A stretch of 64,000 nucleotides of DNA. Source: the human T2T-CHM13v2.0 reference genome, Homo sapiens. A program made the translations under genes and the position numbers. This document shows, one piece after another, positions 59,384 through 64,000 of the stretch. The stretch lies in NCBI RefSeq assembly GCF_009914755.1, contig NC_060926.1; one strand, written 5' to 3'. The notes beneath the pieces are model-generated. The model saw only the letters and a program-made list of their open reading frames with translations, was not told where the DNA came from and did no database searches. Position 1 is the stretch's first letter. The number at the start of each line of letters is the position of its first letter.

Positions 59384-59423
<40 letters not shown>
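59384..59423. repeat. (TG)n microsatellite, about 20 units
   Basis: Uninterrupted gtgtgt run. Confidence 0.95.
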
Positions 59424-59424
<1 letters not shown>

Positions 59425-61175
59425 GCTGTGTGTTTGAGAGAAGGGGAGGTTGAGGTGGGGTGGGGAAGGAAGTCGAATGATTGATTGATAAGGACTGCAC
59501 AGGGATTTTGGGCTGAGTAATTGGAAGAATGGAGAGAGATTGTTCATTCTTTGGCTGTTAACTAGATAAAAGGTACGTTTGGATTAGCTACCCTAAGCAA
59601 ACGAAGTTCCCAACAAATACGCCCTTGAAAATGTCTGTAAATATGTCTTTTAAATGATAGTGCCCATAGTTAAATTTTATAATGAAAAGCTTATTGGCAA
59701 GCCTTGTCAAGAGCTCCCTGTGGAAATATCAGTTGCTTTTCTTGGCTTCAAGGTGTTTCCTGAACAGTGTATTATCCTTTGTCCCGAGTATGCCATTAAG
59801 GGATTTGAAAGTTTGTTAAAACATGTGTGGCAAGTGAGTGCTGTCATTTAAGCCTAGCCAGGGAAGCCAAGAAATGAAAAGCAGCTCTTTGCTGGACTTC
59901 CTGACATGCTTTAGCTCTGAATCCGAGGCTCAGGTAGTGGGGTGGACAGGGCATTATTTCCTGTGCACAAAGTGTCAGTGGACACAGTTCTCAAGCCATT
60001 TCCGCGGAAAATGTCTGTGGACATGGGTATATGTGAATCTTTTGGAAAAACTCCATAATACCAAGTTGATAGCAACCCCCTGCCTAAGGAGAATGTAATA
60101 GGGTTTATTTGCTGCAACAGAATTTTCCAGTGCTAATATGGACTTGCTCTTTTTATAAGATTTAAAACAGCACTCTTTAATGATGGTCTTTGAGCTCGAG
60201 GAAAGGTTTTTTCTATATCAGTAAACAGGGAAGCTATGAAATGTTTCATGCTTGGAGTTCGGGTGAGCCAGCATAATGGAAAGGTTACCTGGCACTTTTA
60301 TTTAGGATTCCATTAGAATTTTTTGGTTACAGGGACTTTTTCTGTTTGCTTTTCAATTTTGAAATACGGTATATTGATTTTAAAAGGAAGGGAAGAAAAA
60401 CCTAATGCACATCAAACAGTTTTGAAGTGACCAGTTTCTTCTCTAGATCCTGGTAGGTTTGAATTGCTGTTTGCAATTGATCTAACTTACTACACAGCGT
60501 AGACGAGATTTCCAGCTTTCTGAGTGACAGATTGCTACTTCACAACTCTGGAAAGATCAGGAAATGTCCCTCTGAGGTGTTGCCAGATCTAGGCTTTCTT
60601 TCCTTCATCTGGACATTTGTGACTTTTCTTGCTAAGACACTTCTTTTCAAGTTGGGGAGCAGTTAACTTTATGGTTATATTTGCATTTATATTGAAAACT
60701 GGAGTTATAATTTAGATATAAAGGCATAGAATTATTTTAGAAAAATGAATTTATTTCAGTGCCTCCCAATTTTATTCATTTGCATTTATTTATCTTGTAT
60801 CTCTTACAGTGATAAGTTTCAATTTTGATGAAATAATTGTTGACTATTTCCTGGTTTCCAGACACATTGTGTTAATGGAGGACATTGCTGTATCATGAAG
60901 TATCTTATGGACATGCATTTTAATTTAGCTGGCTCTTGCTGCTTAGTATTTATTTCTCACTATTTTTTGCAAATGCTTCTTTTACAGCTGATTCAAGTCT
61001 TTCTCATTCTCTTCAGAAGAAGAGAAAAGAGAATCAATATTTACTGAGCACATTCTATGTGCCATGGATCATGGGAGACTCTCAGAAATATAAAAATGAA
61101 TGTAATGTGGTTTACTGTCTAGTGGAAGAAAAAATATGCAAACAAATAAATGAAATATAGCCCCATCAAGGAACC

Positions 61176-61485
61176 TTTTTTTTTTTTTTTTTTTGCTTTT
61201 GAGAAAGGATCTCGCTCTGTTACCCAGGTTCACCACGTGAGCAGTGACACAATCACAGCTCACTGCAGCCTTGACTTCCTGGGTCCCAATGATCCTTCCT
61301 CCTCAGCCTCCCGAGTAGCTGGGACCACAGGCGCATGTCACCATGCCTGGCTAATTTTTTATTTTTGGTAGAGACGGAGTTTTGCCGTGTTGCCCAGGCT
61401 GGTCTTGAATTCTTGAGCTCAAGTGATCTGCCTGCCTCGGATTCCCAAAGTGCTGAGATTACAGCTTGAGCCACCACACCTGGCC
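61176..61485 (-). mobile_element. AluJ-type SINE
   Basis: Dimer with a poly-T tail; TSD core aggaacc. Confidence 0.9.
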
Positions 61486-62439
61486 GAGGAACCGTATAGT
61501 GAAAGAATGGCTAAGGACTAGCAGTGCTGCAGAGGAAGGCAACAACATTTAGGCAGAGAGAGAGAAGTTAGCAGATAAACATTCACAGAAGAGCTGGGTC
61601 TTGAATTTTGATTATTTGCTAGGCCAACAAAAGGTTCAGAGGCATTTCATGCAATGTGTGTCAGGGATGGGAGCTGTATGGGTGAGGTTCACTCTGAATC
61701 TCTTTGTTTTCAACTCCTGTGGATGATTTCCTTCAGTGTCCAGGACTAAGAGAATTGCATTTAGAGTCCTAGACCTGTAGGCACATTACAACTCTGCCAT
61801 TTAGTAGCTGTGAGATTGTGACATGTCTGAAGTCATTTCCTCCTCTGTGAGATGGAGATACTCATTCTCCTGTGCATCACCCAGGGTCATTGGGTGGATC
61901 CAATCAGTTAATGTGTATAAAAGCACAGGGACGATTGTGCAATAGAATGTGAAGATTCATAATAAAAACTTCAGTGTTTCTTGTGATTCCCATATCCATA
62001 GTTATGTTTAAATTCTCTCTACTTTGCTCACTCCTATTCCTTGTTGAAACCCCATTATTTGAGTCTTCCCCAAGGGCTTTATCCTCAGGTTCTCTTTTCA
62101 GTAGACACTTGGCCCTGAGTCACCTTTGCTTAACTGTCAACCCATATTATGGGTAACCCTCTAATCTGATTTCTGTCCTCCAAGACACTTCTAGTCTCCA
62201 GACCTACATTTCCAGCTGCCACCTGGATGTTCCTCATCATCTTGCACTTCTCGAGTCATCTGAAGGCTACATTTGTTTCCTTATATGTAACTGCTCCTAA
62301 TTTTTCTGTTTCTATTGTCTGAGTTCAGGACCTTGCAATTATTTTTGACCCTTCCTTCCCCTTCCCCTTGCTTCAGGTTGTTCTTCAGGATGTAAAGGCT
62401 CCCAACTGAGTGTACTGTTATTATTAAATCCTTCACTTT

Positions 62440-62670
62440 ACTTAAGCTCCTACCATGTTCCAGGCACCTGTGCTAAGAGTTTTTCATTTATTATCTTAGT
62501 TCCCACAATAGTTTTGTGATATTAGACACTCTTGTCCCCATTTTAAAGATAATGAAATTGAGATTCAAAGAAACTGCTTTTCCAAGGTGGCATTGCAGGT
62601 AAGTGCAGAGCCATGACTCAAGCCAGTTGTGTTGTCCCTAGAGTTTGTGCTCTGAATCACTCCACTCTGC
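62440..62670 (-). mobile_element. MIR SINE
   Basis: 'cccattttaaagataatgaaattgagattcaaag..tccaaggt..gtaagtgcagagcc'. Confidence 0.65.
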
Positions 62671-64000
62671 TTTCACACTTCACTGACTTGACAGTAAAGT
62701 CCCAACTCATTAAGTTGGCATTTAGGGCTCTTGACATCTTGATCTTCCTTTCTCCCTCTTGTTGTATATTTTCACGATTATTTGCCATTCCTAAAGGAGA
62801 ATTTGCATTTTCTTATCTCTTTGCTTTTCCATATGTTCTTTCTCAGCTTAGATACCTCTTTTTCATGTGTACCTGTCAGAATCCTGAAGGAGACAGGGCA
62901 GTGTAGTGGAATAAGCCAGGGCTCCGGAGTCCAGTGGATCTGCTTTCTGCTTTCCCTCATAGTCCTGGTCTCTTCTACAAAGGGCTGGACCAGTTCACAT
63001 TCACACTAGATATGTACTGCTGTGTGTTCTTGCTAGCATTTGGTATTATCAGAATTTTTGGGTTTTGCCCATCTGTGGGTTTGTAGTGATATCTCATTGT
63101 GGCTTTAATTTGCATTTCTCTGACTAATAAGGCAGAGCACCTTTCCATCTTTATTGCTACATGGCATCTCTATTTTGTGAAGTATTTTAAGCCTTTTCTT
63201 CCATTTTTCTATTGGATTATTTGTCTTTTATTGATCTATAGTAGTTCTTTATATATTCTGGATATGAGCTCCTCTGTGGCTTGCCTTTTAAAATTTCTTT
63301 TATTATATCTTAGAATAAAAAGAAGTTTTAATAGAGTTGAATTTATCATTATTTTTCTTTCGTGGCAGTGTTTTTTATATATATTTAAAACATATTTCCC
63401 AACATATTTTCTCACGTTTTCTAAAATTCTGCCAGCTTTTTAGATTACATCTTCCTTAGCTATTTCCCACTCCCAGTATTGCATAGTGTCTCTGACCCGG
63501 CAAGTGTTCTTGTCTTTGAAATAGGATGCTACAAGGCATTTTGCCATTCCTCTGCCAACACAAGGCCTGTGTTCCCCTTAAAATGCTGACATCATGCTAT
63601 ACCCAGCCTACTTTTCCAGCAGGGTGTCTCTTCTTCTCCTGTGTCTCTGAACTCAGGATTCTGGGCTTAGTTCTGTTCCTTTAAGTGGAGAGCCTCTCAT
63701 AGCTGCCCCTCAGTTTCAGCCATCCTTCATGGTTTTTCTGGGTGCCCTCCACCCCTACCCACTGCCCCACCATGGGTCCTGCTGTAGAGGCCAGGTTGCT
63801 GTTCTCTGTCTTCCGGAGCATAGGGAATCCTGCCTGATGGAGAAAGCCTTACTTTTTCCTTTCAGCACACTGCCATACCACTCTTAGTGCCCAATTTTAC
63901 CTTCCAAAAAAAAAAAAAACAGTAGATAGATTACAGATCTGTGCTTGGTAAAACTAACTTCAGGATGTATCTGACACAAGTTTCTGTGTGTGTGTGTTTG

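Overview
Eukaryotic DNA, almost certainly human: the protein matches human DIS3L2 as recalled and a human-specific AluYa5 is present. The window holds the 5' part of DIS3L2 (2q37.1; 3'-5' exoribonuclease for oligouridylated RNA, Perlman syndrome gene) on the + strand. It runs from the end of intron 1 through exon 2 (5'UTR plus ATG), exons 3, 4 and 5 (codons 1-122), then about 47 kb of intron 5; no exon 6 was found. The rest is mostly transposon-derived: a full-length antisense ~6.5 kb L1PA with disrupted ORFs, older L1/L2/MIR pieces, about 17 Alu copies or fragments, MaLR and MER21-type LTRs and small DNA-transposon relics. I see no convincing new multi-gene system. The best leads are small-scale. 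(1) A uORF lies in frame with the DIS3L2 CDS, separated from it by one stop, and would also cap an ORF in an exon 2-5 circle. (2) The L1 antisense-promoter/ORF0 region keeps its splice donors and points toward exon 6. (3) A miR-562-like L1-derived sequence sits in the miR-562 host gene. (4) There is a perfect 104-bp tandem duplication and other local duplications. (5) A young AluYa5 forms a close inverted Alu pair. Repeat subfamily calls and boundaries are by eye and approximate.
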